Assembly: GCA_016748015.1 (NCBI GenBank)
Contig: JAAOMT010000176.1
Location: 169,238 to 233,237 of the forward strand
From: Geosiphon pyriformis uo1
Lineage: Eukaryota; Fungi; Glomeromycota
DNA length: 64,000 nt
Reading direction: 5' to 3'
This document shows positions 1 to 14,496 of this stretch, one piece after another (within the stretch, counting starts at the first letter, position 1; every line of letters starts with the position of its first letter). The translations under genes and the position numbers were made by a program. The notes beneath the pieces were generated by a model, which was not told the DNA's origin, did no database searches, and saw only the letters and a program-made list of their open reading frames with translations.

Positions 1-1330
1 CCCGTTATCCTGGACCTCATTATCAAAATCATTGAGCTTGTATAGGTTTTATCTTTGATGCATCTTAATTCATACACCTTCAAGAACTTTATATTGTGCA
101 GCTAGACAGTGGTAGCAGCCCATATTTGCTTCCCCCTTATGGAAGCAGGCGGCAAGTGAAAAAACAAACATATGGTGAGTACCGCAGAACCTCCCACAAC
201 ACATGGCCAAACAGAAAGCTTACTATAGTCTTCTGGTTTCCAGTAAAGTGCAGACTGCAGGCACGAAACAACACACTCGTGTACACTACCCAAAAAGGGT
301 ATACACTCGTCGGCCCAGTCGAAACCTGTACTGGTAGCCGACGATGCGCTACTCCATACCAACACGAAGCTTGCTAATCTTCTGGATTGTCTAACTTCCG
401 GTGAAATGTAGGCTTCAGTCGCGAGGGCCCCGACAGAAGAGAACACAAACAGCCAGATGATCCAAACGGACTATAAGTTAGTAGGCAGAGTTCAATAGCC
501 GATGATGAGCCTTGGTGTTGCCTTCACCCAATTGTCCATGTACCACCAGTTTCCTATCTTTGCAAAGCGAAGTTCCGGCGATACTCATGGAAACTTTCGA
601 GGACATTCAAGCAGTTAGAATATTTTTTTGTCTCAAAAACGTGACCTTGTCTATTGTCTTTTAAAGGCGCTGGGAGACCAATCGCGTTATATTGTATCCC
701 AAATTTTGCTCGTTTCACCGCATTCTGTAAGTTTGATGAAAATGGACACTCGCAGCAAAAGGTTGATTAATACCTAATAATATATACAAATTTTCTTTTC
801 TGGCTTCAGAAAAATGCATGTGTTCAGTTTTTCTGTATGGGACTGTACGCTATAGTTTTGATTGGGTTTGCTTTTTTTCGAGAAAGTTTTACCCTATATC
901 ACTCTTCCTCGTCGTCAATCACCTCTCATCTCCTTTGATAGGTAGAAGAATCAACTTTTCGCGTGCAGGTGGAGTACACCATCGATCCCTGTCATTTTAT
1001 GGTGTCGCAGCGTTTGATTCGAAACGACATTACATAGAGAATACCCAAACGCAAGAGAGCAACTTTCCTTTTAGTCTTTACTATAATCTCCTCTAACTGC
1101 TTCCTTATAACTCAAATCCCTTTATTCCACGGTCTATTCGATCATTTTGACCTCACCACACTGAAAATTTGAACCTTGCAAAAAAATCATTTACGTTTTC
1201 TTACAAAATTTCTGAAGTGCATTCAATCGTTTTATTGGAAAAAGTTTCCCCCAACTGTATTTTTACATTTTATTTTTATTTACAGTGAATTTTCGTAGAA
1301 AAAACCGTTTGAATATATATCAAATAAAGT

Positions 1331-4300
1331 ATGAATATTTCAGATTGGATACCATTGCCAAAGTTTGGTTATGGTTTTGCAATCTATCCCTACATCCCTG
1401 GAGACCAATTAAATTCTTCTGATTCAACTAAAACTACCAATGATGGTGCTTCAGATGCTGAATCAATATCTTCAACAAAATCCGTCTCACCCGCTATTAC
1501 CTATCAAGTATCTCTGGAAGTTGGAGACGAAGTTTATGTCTTTGAAGAGCAAGGTGCTTGGTATCGGGGCTATGTTGTCTCTCAACTAAGACAAACTGAA
1601 GAACCACAAGTTTACGTAGGAATTTTTCCTAGAAATCACGTTTATATAAAAGAATATTTGGAAGATGTAGAATTGGCAGCTGATGAATCAAAAGATGAAA
1701 TCATTACACCCCCTTTTTCACCTCCACCTGAACCCAAAACCACTAGACCACCCCCACCTTTACCATCTCTTAAATGTGGGGACGACACAATTAGTGGTAA
1801 ATCAGAACCATTAATTGATGAAATTGCGAGTACAGTTCGAGAATGGAGTAGTCTTCTTCCAAAATATTTGGAGCAACGAAGATATAGCATGTTTAATACT
1901 GTTAAAGATCAAATAAATAATTTATTACAAGGAAGACGTCAATTACTTGCTCAGACCTTATCTCATGATGAATTAAGCAAGTTGCGAAAGGAACTTATAA
2001 ATAAACTAGTATCTGGAAATTTAATACAGGAATTGGATATAATTGTTCGTAATCCGGAAAAAGGTTATCTTGCTGATGAGACAAATATTTCAGCGATTCA
2101 ACTTTATCAATTGCAGGCTCAATTAGCTGTAATGAACATCGATAAATCCTTGTATTCAGATCCCCTGGCAACAGTAACAACGGGAACTCCACATAATCTT
2201 GGGAATTGGTCATCTTCTTCGACGTCTGAAACTTCTAACACTGGTAATGGATTTAGTCATGCGGGAAAATTTTTTCATGTATTTTTGGAATTAAAAGCGT
2301 GGGTAGCATCTATCTCTACCACTGGAGAATACACAGAGCTTTATTTTTCCTTATATAATCGAACCGATTCTCGTTTCATTACCGAAGAATATTTTATCAT
2401 GCTCAATCATAATGGTGTACCAAAAGATCAAAGCAAAATCGGAAAAATGCGAACCATTTTTACGGATCTTTCACCACATGACATTCAAGATAATATTTGG
2501 GTTGTGTGTCGAATTGTCCGTAATGGTAGCATGAAGCTGACTGACAGAGATAAAGAAACATGCAAAGAATCGGGTTCAATGTCCTCGTTATTTCATCCGA
2601 AATCTTCGCGTGATATGGAACACATTGATCAGTCATCAGCAATTTCTTCGTCTTCAAATGGGAAATCTGGCCCTCAAGCATTTCGAAGACCATTTGGATG
2701 TGCTGTTTTAGACATTAGCTCTATATTACAATCAAAGGAAAAAGAATCCCTCAGTGAGCATTTCATGCAAATATATATGCCTACTCAAGAATCAACCTTC
2801 GCCACTTTACATGAGGACATAATTCATAATCGCTCAAAAGAAATTGAGAGATCATCCCGAGCCGAAATGATTAGTGTCTCAATTCGTCCATTCTACGGAG
2901 AAACTGCCACTATTATTAAGGAAAATCCAGCATTCCTTCAAGGAACTCCAATTACTTCCCGACTGGGATTTGCAGATGTGGTTTTTCCAGGAGATTCTCG
3001 TAATGAAATTTATCTGAAATTCTGGTCTGGCGATTTCACACAAGGTCGTGCTACAACTGCGAGAAATATTCAGGTGACCGCTGAAGTACGGCTCAACACG
3101 GGAGAAATTTTGGAGAATGTGATTTCACAAGGCTCTGGTGAACCTCAAGTCACTCATTTTGAGTCACTCATTTTTTATCATACGAATAATCCCATGTGGG
3201 GGGAGTTGATCAAGTTAAAAATACCGTTTGAATTGTTTGAACAAGCTCATGTTTTCTTTACTTTTCGTCATCGTTCAACGAAAGACAAAAAAGAGGACAA
3301 AGTTTTTGCATTTGCTTATATGCCTTTATTCCCAGAAAATCGAGCATTTATTAGTGACGGAAAGCATACACTGATCCTTTACAAATACGATAAGCAATTG
3401 ACTAACCCCAACCTTTATTTGAATTCTCCATGGTCAAATGGCGTTTCTATTCATCCCGAACCAATCTCCCCCACATCCCTTGGAACCACACATCACCATA
3501 ATAATTCTAATACTTCACTTATTTCAATCAGCAGTAGCCATCACCACAAGCTTTTAATTCCAACAAAAGACATTGTGGTAGTGCGGACATTTTTATGCTC
3601 AACAAAGTACACACAAAACGAAGTTCTTCTGAAATTATTGAATTGGGAAAAACAACTTTTATCGGATGAGAATGAAATGATTTCGGTGTTGAAGAAGTTT
3701 ACCTTTGTTGGTGAAGTAGAAATCGTAAAATTTCTTCGGGATATTTTTGATGCTCTGTTTGGAATAGTGGTTTCTATAAAGAATCAACAAAATGAACTCG
3801 ATGATTTAGTGTTTAATGCGTTGGTCACCATTCTTGGAATTGTATCTGACAGAAGATTCATGAATTTTCGACCGGTTTTAGATGTATATATTGAAAAGCA
3901 TTTCTCATGTGCCGCAGCTTCCTCTCATTTGATTCGATCTATGAATCGATTAGTATCAAGCCCCGCAAATTCTGACACGGCCCAAAATCTGCGCTCGGCT
4001 ATAAAAGTCTGGCAATACATTTTCAAATTCATTATGAGGTCTCGTGAACTCCAACGAATGAAAGAATTGAACATTGGTGTCAAAGGCGATTACGTTGAGA
4101 AGCAATTTAAGAACGATCTGGGGGCTCTATTCAAAAGCATTGATCGATTAATGTCCATCACTACACCACCGTCCATAATTGGTACTCAAACCCTTGCCTT
4201 ACAACATTTCGCTTCAGTTTTTGCTGATCTAGGTAAATGTTTTTCCCCAGATGACTTAGTCCAAATTGCAATTCAATTTACTGAAAGCGTGAGATTGCCA

Positions 4301-7300
4301 AAGGGAAAATTACTCGCTTACAAATTGTTGGTAATCCTACAATTCTGTCGAGGTCCCTTATTTGAAAATTCAGAATCACGTGCTACGTTGCTGAGACGTG
4401 TTGTAGAATGGGTCAAAGATCATATGGGAAAATGGGAAAAAACGGGCAGTGATAATGAAGCATCGGCACGTTTGCAGTGGCAAGATGGTCTGAGACTTTG
4501 TGTCGCTATAATTGGAGTGACATTAGAGAGTTTACAGGGATCAATTGATCAGGCAGAAGATGAAGCAGCTAAAGAAACGGAGATTGAAAATGTCAGTTTG
4601 ATTCTTCCCTTATTGATGAAGCTATGTGAATCCTATAAAGAGCTGCAATACACTGATTGCATTGAAATGCAAAGAGCGCCACGTGAGAGGACTGCTTCAA
4701 GTGGTGCGTTACTTCAATCAGCATTTCTAATGAATTCTGGTGTCCCATCCACGCCGACGACTATGACATCAAACCGATTTTCCAAGGAGTTTTCTTTAAA
4801 TTTGGGGTCTGCCTTAGCCACGGCTTTGGGTGAAATTTCCGCGGTTATATTGCAAATATTTTTTTTAATCTCTCAACAACAAATGAAGGAACATTTACTC
4901 TCTCACTACTACAAGGAAGGACATGATTCAATGGCTGAATTCCTAGTTGTCATGTTTCAGGTTTCAAAATCTATTTTGTGGAATGAAGCATTTCCTGAAT
5001 CTTGGTTGAATATGAATATTATGGCACATAAGGTTCTATTAAAATTCCTTGAACCAGTCTCTTCGCTTCTTGAAAAGAATTTTATTCCGATGAGGGATTC
5101 CTCAGAAACATTCCATGAGAAATTATGGCGGGAATATTTCAGTTGTCTGGTCACATTACTAACAAGTAAACATTTAGTCATTGAAAATTTTACACCTCAA
5201 AAACGGCGTGCTGTCTGGCGATTAGCTGGTGATATTCGTGGGAGAGGAGCTCGACTGTTAGCTAGATTATGGGACGCAATGGGCTGGGAACATGGGAAAG
5301 AAGGAAAGACTGGGGGATATCAAGTACGATACATTGATACGTTATTAGGACCAGTCTTGGAATTGTGCTTGTCACATCATGATGAATTACGTTCATCCGC
5401 AATCCGGGTATTGTTTAGCATGATAGTGACGCAATATTCCATTGATCCAAATTTCAAACAAATGGAATCTGATATTATTGATACCTTAGATCGATTGTTT
5501 ATGTCGGAGAAAAAGGGAGATGAAATTTCCCGGGCATATTTCATTGCGCATCTCAAAAGACTTTTCGAGAATGAGAAAAAAATTGATAATCATTTTCGAG
5601 AAACTGTTACCAATTTCTTGGATTCTCTCAGTCAATTTTTAGAATTATTACTCGGAGTAAGAGAATTGCCCGAAGGCGAAGAGTACCAAGATGATCGTAT
5701 CATGTGCACCTTGAAATTGATGAAATTTATCAAATCAATTGACCGCAATGAGATTTACGTGAAATACGTTCATCAACTTGTTCACATGCAATTAAATGGT
5801 CATAACTTTGTTGAGGCTGGCTTGACCTTGAAGCTCCATGCTGATTTGTTTGAATGGGATCCTAACAGTGAGCTTCAAGCAATTCCTGAGCTTGACCTAC
5901 CGAAACAGTCACCTTTTGCCCGAAAAGAAAGGTTGTATATTCAAATATTGGACTATTTTGTTAAAGGTCGAGCATGGGAATGCGGAATTGAAATTTGCAA
6001 AGAACTTGCTCGACATCTGGAGTACACTATCTATGATTATCCACGGCTTTCTGAAATCCTCAAGCAACAAGCGGTTCTCTTTGAAAACATCATTAAAAAA
6101 GAGCGATACTTTAGTGAATATTTTCGTGTTGGATTTTATGGTAGAGGGTTTCCAGCAAGTTTACAAAATCGTCAGTTCATCTACCGAGGTTATGAATGGG
6201 AAAGAATTAGCACGTTTTGTGAAAGAATGCAAAACAAACATCCACAAGCTCAACTCTTAAAAACCAATAGCCCGCCTACCGATGATATTTTATACGATGA
6301 TGGACAATATTTGCAAGTAACCGCAGTCACACCCGAACCCGACCAAAACAATCCGATTTTGAAGGCCGACATACCGAGTTCCATTCGCGGGTATTATGAA
6401 CACAATTCGGTCAATACTTTCAGCTTCTCGCGCCCAGTCAATAAAAACCCAGATGGTATAAGATCCTCAAATGAATTTTTGGATTTATGGACCGAGAAAA
6501 CTATTCTCGTATCCGAGGAAACCTTCCCAACTGTACTCCGGCGTTCTGAAGTGATTGAAGTTACGATGATTGAAGTTTCCCCAATCGAGAATGCACTGGC
6601 TGCAATGAAAGCCAAAAGTAGAGAATTATTAGCGCTTGAGACCAAGTATGGTTCTTTATTGAAAACTCCTTCATCTCCTACCGTTAATAAAATAAACACC
6701 AATCCCTTGTCGATGTCTTTGAATGGGGCTGTGGATGCGCCAGTTAATGGGGGTTTACCAATGTATAAAAAAGCTTTCTTTGGTACTGATTTCTTGGCTG
6801 CTAATCCTGATAAGGAGCACCTAATCCAACGTCTAAAAGAAGCTATTGATGAACAGGTTATTATTAATTTAATTTAATTTTCGTATGTTATGTTATGAAG
6901 CTGACTTGGCTAATATCAAACTTTGGAACATTTTAGGTGGACATTATTGACCGATGTTTAGAATTACATGATCGTTTAGTGTCTTTAGATATGCGCCCAT
7001 TACATGAAACATTAGTAGAATGTACGTACTTTTCATTTCAGACTTTCCAAGTATTGTATTTTTAATATTCATAAAATTTCACTTTCCATTTTTTAGTCTT
7101 TAAGAAAATTTTCGCAGACGAAATAAGCCGCCTGTCTGAACGCAAGAAAGCCAAAGCTAAACAACTACAACTACCGAAAATAATAATTCCTACACGAGTA
7201 ATGGATACATCACTTACCAGACCTACATCACCTTTCTTCCTTCCGCCATTAACCATTTCCAATACTTTCCGCATACCTTCATTCTACGCGATGACACCAT

Positions 7301-7689
7301 TAACGAATGAACCAATATCACCCGTGTCACCATCTTCGAGTGCAACAATGATATCTCGAGTAGCCGCTGCAAACTTTCAAACATCACGCCCTTCAATTAT
7401 CACTCAAGGACTACAAAATAACACCTTTATCAATGGTATCAATCAGACCAGCTCACCTATCGGTAACAACAGCAATAATAATCGAACTTCTGGTGGCTCA
7501 TCTGGATCTTCAGATGTAATTCAGATTGACCCACCTTCAAGTCCTAATGGTGACACAATATGTGATATCCCTATAATAGAAAGAAAGGGTTCTATACTGA
7601 AAGAAAGAAAAGGATCTCTAGCTTTTGGTGATCGACGTATGAACATCAAGAAATGGTCCTTGAATAGAAGCCGAAGTACAACACATTAA
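1331..7689 (+). CDS. DOCK-family Rho/Rac guanine nucleotide exchange factor (SH3, DHR-1/C2, DHR-2); exons 1331-6856, 6937-7021, 7097-7689
   Basis: 1848-aa ORF with N-terminal SH3-like segment (LEVGDEVYVFEEQGAWYRG...GIFPRNHV), DHR-1 (RRPFGCAVLD, YHTNNPMWGE) and DHR-2 (YFRVGFYGRGFP, GAVDAPVNGG). GT-AG introns 6857-6936 and 7022-7096 keep frame into ORF 7201-7689. Confidence 0.95.
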
Positions 7690-7794
7690 GTCCCTGGGTA
7701 TGTAAAATAAGGAGTGCAAAGAAGGCATGAATCCCGCAATGGACGATTAAAATTTTTTGGATAAAATTCAGCTTTTTAGATAGAGGGTTAGAAC

Positions 7795-7839
<45 letters not shown>
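7795..7839. repeat. (CAT)n microsatellite in the DOCK 3' region
   Basis: Perfect trinucleotide run, directly visible. Confidence 0.95.
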
Positions 7840-8590
7840 TTTCACACCATCAACATATAAAATCCACACTTTTTCTTGATAATGAGTAACTTTTCAAACC
7901 TTTCTTGACTTTTGCATACAACCGCACATATTATCCCTTCTCTTATACATACATATATACACACATATATATACACACAATACATTTATTACATAAAATG
8001 TGATGATGAATTCTACTTTAATGTTAAGAATTCTTTGTATTAATATCTTTCAATCTGGTATTTGCTTGTTTTGTAAAAAGGCTTTAATAAAATAAATTAC
8101 ATGAATTCTATTTGTATACTGATATGTTTTGATTAGGAAAATGAAGAATTTAGTTAAATGAAAATTTCGAATTTAGGTAAAAAGATCTTTTCTTGGTTTG
8201 ATTTTCGAACTTGAATAAATTGATCAGTGCAAAATACAAACATTAAATGTTTGTTTTAAGGAGACATTTAATGTTTTTGATCATAAAATCTGTAACAATT
8301 AGACTGAAGCTTAAATTTTAATTCAAAAAACCGAGATGAGTCGGTGAATGGCAGTGTTGAGTGAATTAGTATTGTTTTAAAGGATGCCGTTCAGATAAGG
8401 ATACATGAACTTTATTAGTCTAGATAATTATTACATTCTAATCAACGCAGCCCGCAATATTTCATAGAACCTGAGTCATAATTCATTGGTGCACTTTGTG
8501 CACAGTGCACGCACGGTTATATAGCCACATAAACTTGTTTTGTTGGCAGTTTAAGCCTTCTGGAGTGTTGAAAGTAGAATTCTCTAAAGT

Positions 8591-10040
8591 ATGGAAAATT
8601 CTAAAGCTGAACTTGAACAAGAAGTTGCCAGCGAAATCAAGGAAGCCGATGAAGACGAGCCTATGCGAGACTTAGCAATGGAAGACCGCATTGAGGAAAA
8701 TCCCACAGATAGTAAGTTATTATGAAATTATCTTTACACTTCGCAGGGGATTGACGCAAAAGTTGAAAAAGGGGGAGATGGAAGTTTGAAGAAAATGTGA
8801 GCAAAAACAGAAAGAGAAGTCTAATGAAAATAGTTAGTATTGCGCTGTTTTAACAGTTGCAAGGAAACTTTTGTTTTATTTGATTTCATTTTCTGTCATA
8901 TTTCTCTATAGCAGAAAGTCAACCGCTCATGGAACTCAAGTCTGCACCAAGAAAAAAAGGCCATACTTCAACCAAAGTAAATCTGGCACAGGATATAAAC
9001 GAAAAGTACCTAAGAATTGAGACAGAACTCAACGCAAATAAGGAAAAGTAAATACTAAATTAGAGGATAATCTGGATATTTACAATTTGAATTTAAAAAA
9101 ATTCAACTTTTATAGATTATATGCTGAATATATGAACGATATAATGAATGAGATGAAAGGAATCCAAGATGGTATAAAATCAAATCCTAATTTCATTTCA
9201 ACTCATTTGTCACATTATGGCTTAAAAATCCTTTATTTATTAAGGTACAAGTCCAGAATATGAGGAAAGATTGCAAATGTTAATGGAAGAACGAGAATAT
9301 ACAATAAATCAAGCAAATGCTTATCGTAAATATCTGCTTGAAGTGTCGGAAAGGATTTACAATGAAGAAATAGAACAGGCAGATGAATATTATAAGGTAT
9401 ACATCAATGCTTATTAAAAAGTATCATATAATGTAAATGTAAATAACCTTTTATTAAAAGCAAGAACGAGATGAACTCAAAGAGAAGCTATTAGCTGATG
9501 TTGAGGAGCGAAAAAAAAGATTAAAGGAGGAACAGGCAAACTACGATTTGCTACATGGTACTTACATTTTTTTCTTAATTCCATCTAAATGTCCTAATTA
9601 ACACATTATCTCTCATGTTTGAATATAGATGCCGCGTTGGAAGCTAGTACCAGACAAAATTCCCGCAAATTGCGTGAACGAATAGGCATCAAGGAGATTG
9701 AGCCTAAACCAAAGCGCCCAAAAACGACCGTAACTGATATCCTCTACAATATCAAAAAAAGAATCTGTTATTTGACACATTTATACCATTGATACATGAT
9801 AATGATTTCTTGACCTCTAATCCATATTATATCTACGTCCCACTCCTACCACGAGGATATCAGAAAGTGAAGGCAGGAAAGAAATTGCAGAAATGCAGGA
9901 GGTAATTATAAATATAATCCTTAATAATAACTATCATATTTGATAAATTTACATCCACTTGCTTTAATCGCTGCTCACAGGACCCATTTAATTCATCCAA
10001 AAAGTCTTCTGCTGGATACAAGAAAAAGAACCTAACATGA
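8591..10040 (+). CDS. Sds3/BRMS1-like Sin3-HDAC subunit; exons 8591-8711, 8912-9047, 9116-9171, 9245-9396, 9461-9557, 9629-9736, 9837-9901, 9981-10040
   Basis: Absent from the ORF track. Spliced translation reads MENSKAELEQ...LYAEYMNDIMNEMKGIQDGTSPEYEERLQML...YNEEIEQADEYYKQERDELKEKLLADVEERKKRLKEE...TRQNSRKLRER...VTGPT, a typical Sds3-like coiled coil. Intron phases are consistent. Confidence 0.85.
9737..9836 (+). other. U12-type (minor spliceosome) AT-AC intron
   Basis: 5' site ATATCCTCT, branch motif TTTCTTGAC at 9806-9814, 3' end TAC. Removal restores the frame (..TTVTG|PTPTTRISESEGRKEIAEMQE). Confidence 0.8.
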
Positions 10041-10613
10041 AAACGCTGATGAATAGTTTTCAACTTGAAGGCTCTTGATCTAGAAATATTGATTTTCAAT
10101 TTGTTTCTTTGTAAATTTGATTTGATACTAGAATTTTTTTTAGAAGAGGAATCCAGGCTAAATGTTCATAGTGTAATATAGCGAATTCTTTTCATTGATC
10201 AAATATAAATTAGAATTTTTAAATTCCAAGATGAGAATGGAATATCGAAATATGTTTTTAGAAATGTTAAAATTCTGATATTGACTAATCTTTAAAGTTA
10301 ATAAGGAGATGTTGGCATGTGTTGACAGCTAGTGAGGGAACATGGCTTTGAGAATTTGGGGTTTCTCAAAATCCCGAAGCTCGATTTCTAGGCCTACCAA
10401 TTATATTATTTACTTAAAATGGTGTATGCTTAAAACACGTAAAATTTCGGTATTATTTACAATAAATAGATTAATTTAATAGAGTAATTAATGTGAAATA
10501 TATAATGTTAAATGCTTTGAATCGATCAATCATATCAGATAACAAAAATGATTCATTCCACGTAATGTTCGTGCTTAAAATAAATTCAGACCTGTCTCAT
10601 TTTATAACTCGAT

Positions 10614-13600
10614 ATGGCGTCAAACATTTTGAAACCAGCCGCTGTTGGTGCTGGCGAAGAGCCTAAGAAGACAGTTAAACGAGATGCACTCATTTCCGCT
10701 GAATTAAAAATACAAAAGGAATGGGAGGAGGGTCACGTATTTGAAGTAAACGCACCCACTTTTGCCGAAGTGCCAGAGGAAGTAGCACCAGAGTTACTCC
10801 AGGATAAATATCCCAAATTTATAGGGACTTTTCCTTATCCTTATATGAATGGACGTTTACATTTAGGTCACTTTTTTACTATAACTAAAGTAGAATTTGC
10901 TATTGGATATGCGAGGCTAAAGGGCAAACGAGCTTTGTTCCCTATGGGCTTTCATTGCACGGGCATGCCGATAAAGGTGACTCTTAGTATTTAAATCACT
11001 TTAATAATGATCATTTTAATCCATACGGTTTTGATCCTTCACTGATTCCAGGCTTGTGCTGATAAGTTATCCCGTGAACTTGAACAATTCGGTCCACATT
11101 TTCAAATCCCCATTGAAAATACTATAGAAGAATTAGCTTTAGATGAGAAAAATAAACCAGTTGCCGAATCAATAGATCCAGCTGCAGCTAAAGCCATAAG
11201 CAAAAAGGGAAAAATAGCCGCGAAATCGACTGGCCAGAAGTATCAATTTCAGATAATGCGTAGTTCTGGGGTGCCCGAAGATCAAATTGCTGAATTTGCT
11301 GACGCAAACCATTGGTTGTCGTATTTCCCACCTTTGGCAATTGTTGGTGGCTTTTTTCGTATATATTTTTGATTTAATTTCAATCTTGATTTAGGCTAAA
11401 TTATTTTAATAATAGAAAGATTGTAAATCCATTGGAGCCAAAATCGATTGGCGTCGATCCTTTATAACCACCGATTCTAATCCTTATTATGACTCTTTTG
11501 TTTGCTGGCAAATGAGAAAATTAAAATCTTTAGATAAAGTCAAATTTGGCAAACGACACACTATTTATTCCCCCTTGGATGATCAACCTTGCATGGATCA
11601 TGATCGACAAAGTGGTGAAGGCGTTGGGCCACAAGAGTATACTGGTATTAAATTAAAGGTTTTAAAATGGGGTGATAAGGCTAAGGAAATTTTGGTCGGT
11701 CTTGAAAACAAATTAGATGGCAAATCGGTTTTTCTGGTAGCTGCCACTCTTAGGCCTGAAACCATGTAAAGAATCCTCCAATCTTTGATTTGAATTCAAT
11801 TTGAATACATATACTTACTCATAATTTATTAAAAAAAAAAGGTATGGGCAAACAAACTGTTTTGTCGGAACCGACATAAATTATGGCCTTTTCAAAATCA
11901 ACGAGACGGATGTCTATGTGTGTACTTATCGTGCTGCCCGAAATATGGCATTTCAGGGATATTCTAGTCAAAGGGGGGTGGTCACTCAATTAGGTGAAAT
12001 CAAAGGTGCTGCTTTGATTGGTACACAAGTGAAAGCGCCATTAAGCAAATATGATCAAGTATACGTTCTTCCGATGGAAAATGTACTCCCAAACAAAGGG
12101 ACTGGTGTTGTCACCTCTGTTCCTTCCGATTCACCAGATGACTATGCCGCTCTTCAGGATCTGATTAAGAAGCCAGCTTATTATAAAATTGACCCTCATT
12201 GGGCTTCATTTGAACCTATCCCAATCATTCAAACATCAATATATGGTGACCTTGGTGCGCCAACTTTGTGTCAACAGAAAAAGATTAATTCCCAAAAGGA
12301 TCGTATACAATTGGCCGAAGCAAAAGAACTTCTTTACAAAGAGGGATTTTACAATGGTGTTATGCTTGTTGGTGATTTCAAGGGGCGCCCAGTTCAGGAA
12401 GCCAAGCCTTTGATCAAGGATTTGTTGATATCACAAGAAGAAGGGTTTGTCTATTTCGAACCTGAAAATCTTGTAATGTCAAGGTCTGGTGATGAGTGTG
12501 TTGTGGCTTTATGTGACCAATGGTATTTGGATTATGGTGAAGAGGAGTGGCGGGCCCAAGCTGAAAAATGCGTAAGCCAAATGAACTTGTTCTGCCCAGA
12601 GACCAAACATCAATTTGAACAGACTTTAGCCTGGTTGAATAAATGGGCATGTGCTAGGTCTTATGGTCTTGGTAGTAGGTTACCTTGGGATAAGCAATAT
12701 CTGGTGGAAAGTCTATCTGACTCAACCATCTATATGGCCTATTATACCGTGGCTCATTTATTACATGGTAAAGCAATTCTACATGAAATGTGATGGGCTC
12801 CATACTTTGAATTTATTGAATATGAATTTTCATAGGTGGCAGTCTTGATGGTTCCAAACCAGGACTGTTAGGTATTCAAGCATCAGAGCTAAATGATCAA
12901 GTATGGGATTATATCTTTGCAGATGCTCCTTATTCTCCTAACATAACAATACCAAAAGAAAACTTGGACATCATGAAACGGGAATTTAAATATTTTTACC
13001 CTTTGGACCTTCGCGTTTCAGGAAAAGATTTGATACCCAATCACTTGACCTTTTTTATTTATAATCACGTCGCTTTATTCCCAGAGAATTTGTGGCCACT
13101 TGGTATTCGAGCTAATGGGCACTTGCAATTAAACCGGGAAAAGATGAGTAAGAGTACCGGTAACTTTTTGACTGGGGCTGATTGCGTAGAAAAATATGGA
13201 GCAGATGCCACTAGGGTTACCCTCGCTGATGCAGGAGATGCCATTGAAGATGCAAATTTTGAAGAGGCAACAGCCAACGCTGCAATCCTTAGATTATATA
13301 CTCTAAGGGAATGGTGTGAGGTAAATAAATCTCTTTCGAGTGTTTATTGGTGCCTCTAATCAATGCTATGTCAATCATTTTCTTATATAGGAACAGGTCA
13401 AGAATAAAGGCACACTACGCACTGGGTCATCCGAAGGTTTTCATGATCGTGTATTTATAAACGAAGTCAATCAATTAATACAACTAACAGAAAAAGCATA
13501 CGAGGAGTGAGTTTGCTATCGTTTTATACTTCCTTTCGTTAAGATCTCTAAAACTTTCACTCTATTCTAAAAAGCGCATTATATCGGGATGCCCTCAAAT

Positions 13601-14496
13601 ATGGATTTTATGAATTGCAGTCTGCTCGTGATTGGTATCGTGAAGTGACCACCGAGGAGCTCATGCATCATGATTTGATTATATGGTGGATAGAAGTGCA
13701 GGCATTGCTACTTTCACCAATAGCACCACATTGGGCAGAATATATATGGCAAAATGTTCTCGGAAAGGTAAGCTTTTATATTTGTTTTTGAACACAGTTG
13801 ACATTGAGTACATTCATCGCATTTACTTTGCTATTTTTCTTAATTCAAAGCCTGGGCTTATCGTTAATGCCTCCTTCCCTAAACCTACTACACCTCTTGA
13901 TGAAAGTCTGTTGGAAGCTGCTGAATATGTGCGCAAAATGGTTAAATCTGTACGAGATCTTGAGGTGGCTTCGCAAAAGAAGAAAAAAAAGGGCAAGACT
14001 GAGGAGTTTGACCCCACAAAACCAAAACATTTGAAGTTATTTGTCGCCACCCGTTTCCCTGAATGGCAAGATGTTGCTGTAGAGGCATTGAAACACAATT
14101 ACAATGAGGTTAGGTTTTTTACAGGATTCTCTTATAACTCTTTTTTATTAATTGTTTTTTCTTGGTCTTATGCAATAGGAAAACAAAGTGTTTGATGACG
14201 TCAAGGTTCGAGCCATACTTGCAGAAAAAGGAATTCTAAAAAACAAAAAAACCATGCCTTTTGTACAGGAATTTAAGAAACGCGTCGAAAAGTTCGGAAA
14301 ATTAGCATTTAATCGTGCCCTTTTGTTCAATGAACATGAAACTTTAACAATTACCAAGGAGTTCTTCAAACGTAGTCTTGGATATGAAAAATTAGACGTG
14401 CTGAGAACGGATGAAGCGACTGGTGAAGATGAACAGAGGGCGATGGAATTAGCAGTACCGGGGGAACCGGGTGTCGTTTTTAAAAATATTGTGTAA
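10614..14496 (+). CDS. CDC60: Cytosolic leucyl-tRNA synthetase; exons 10614-10976, 11052-11342, 11416-11765, 11842-12767, 12836-13320, 13391-13506, 13575-13767, 13851-14108, 14179-14496
   Basis: [14 protein letters not shown] (HIGH motif), KMSKS, editing-domain ATLRPETM and [15 protein letters not shown]; eight GT-AG introns join the ORF fragments in frame. Confidence 0.97.

Noticed and set aside
96-1096. Short ORFs 96-377, 102-446 and 818-1096; a TACTAAC..TAG acceptor-like signal on the minus strand near 470-485
   Set aside because: No recognisable domain or consistent gene model; may belong to a feature outside the window
1642-6702. Antisense and alternate-frame ORFs within DOCK (similar ones in LeuRS, ADA1 and HSF)
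   Set aside because: Shadow ORFs of real coding sequence with no independent support
9917-9951. Second U12-like branch motif (TCCTTAAT) with downstream AC
   Set aside because: Lies inside a normal GT-AG intron; spacing is poor and the resulting peptide is not Sds3-like
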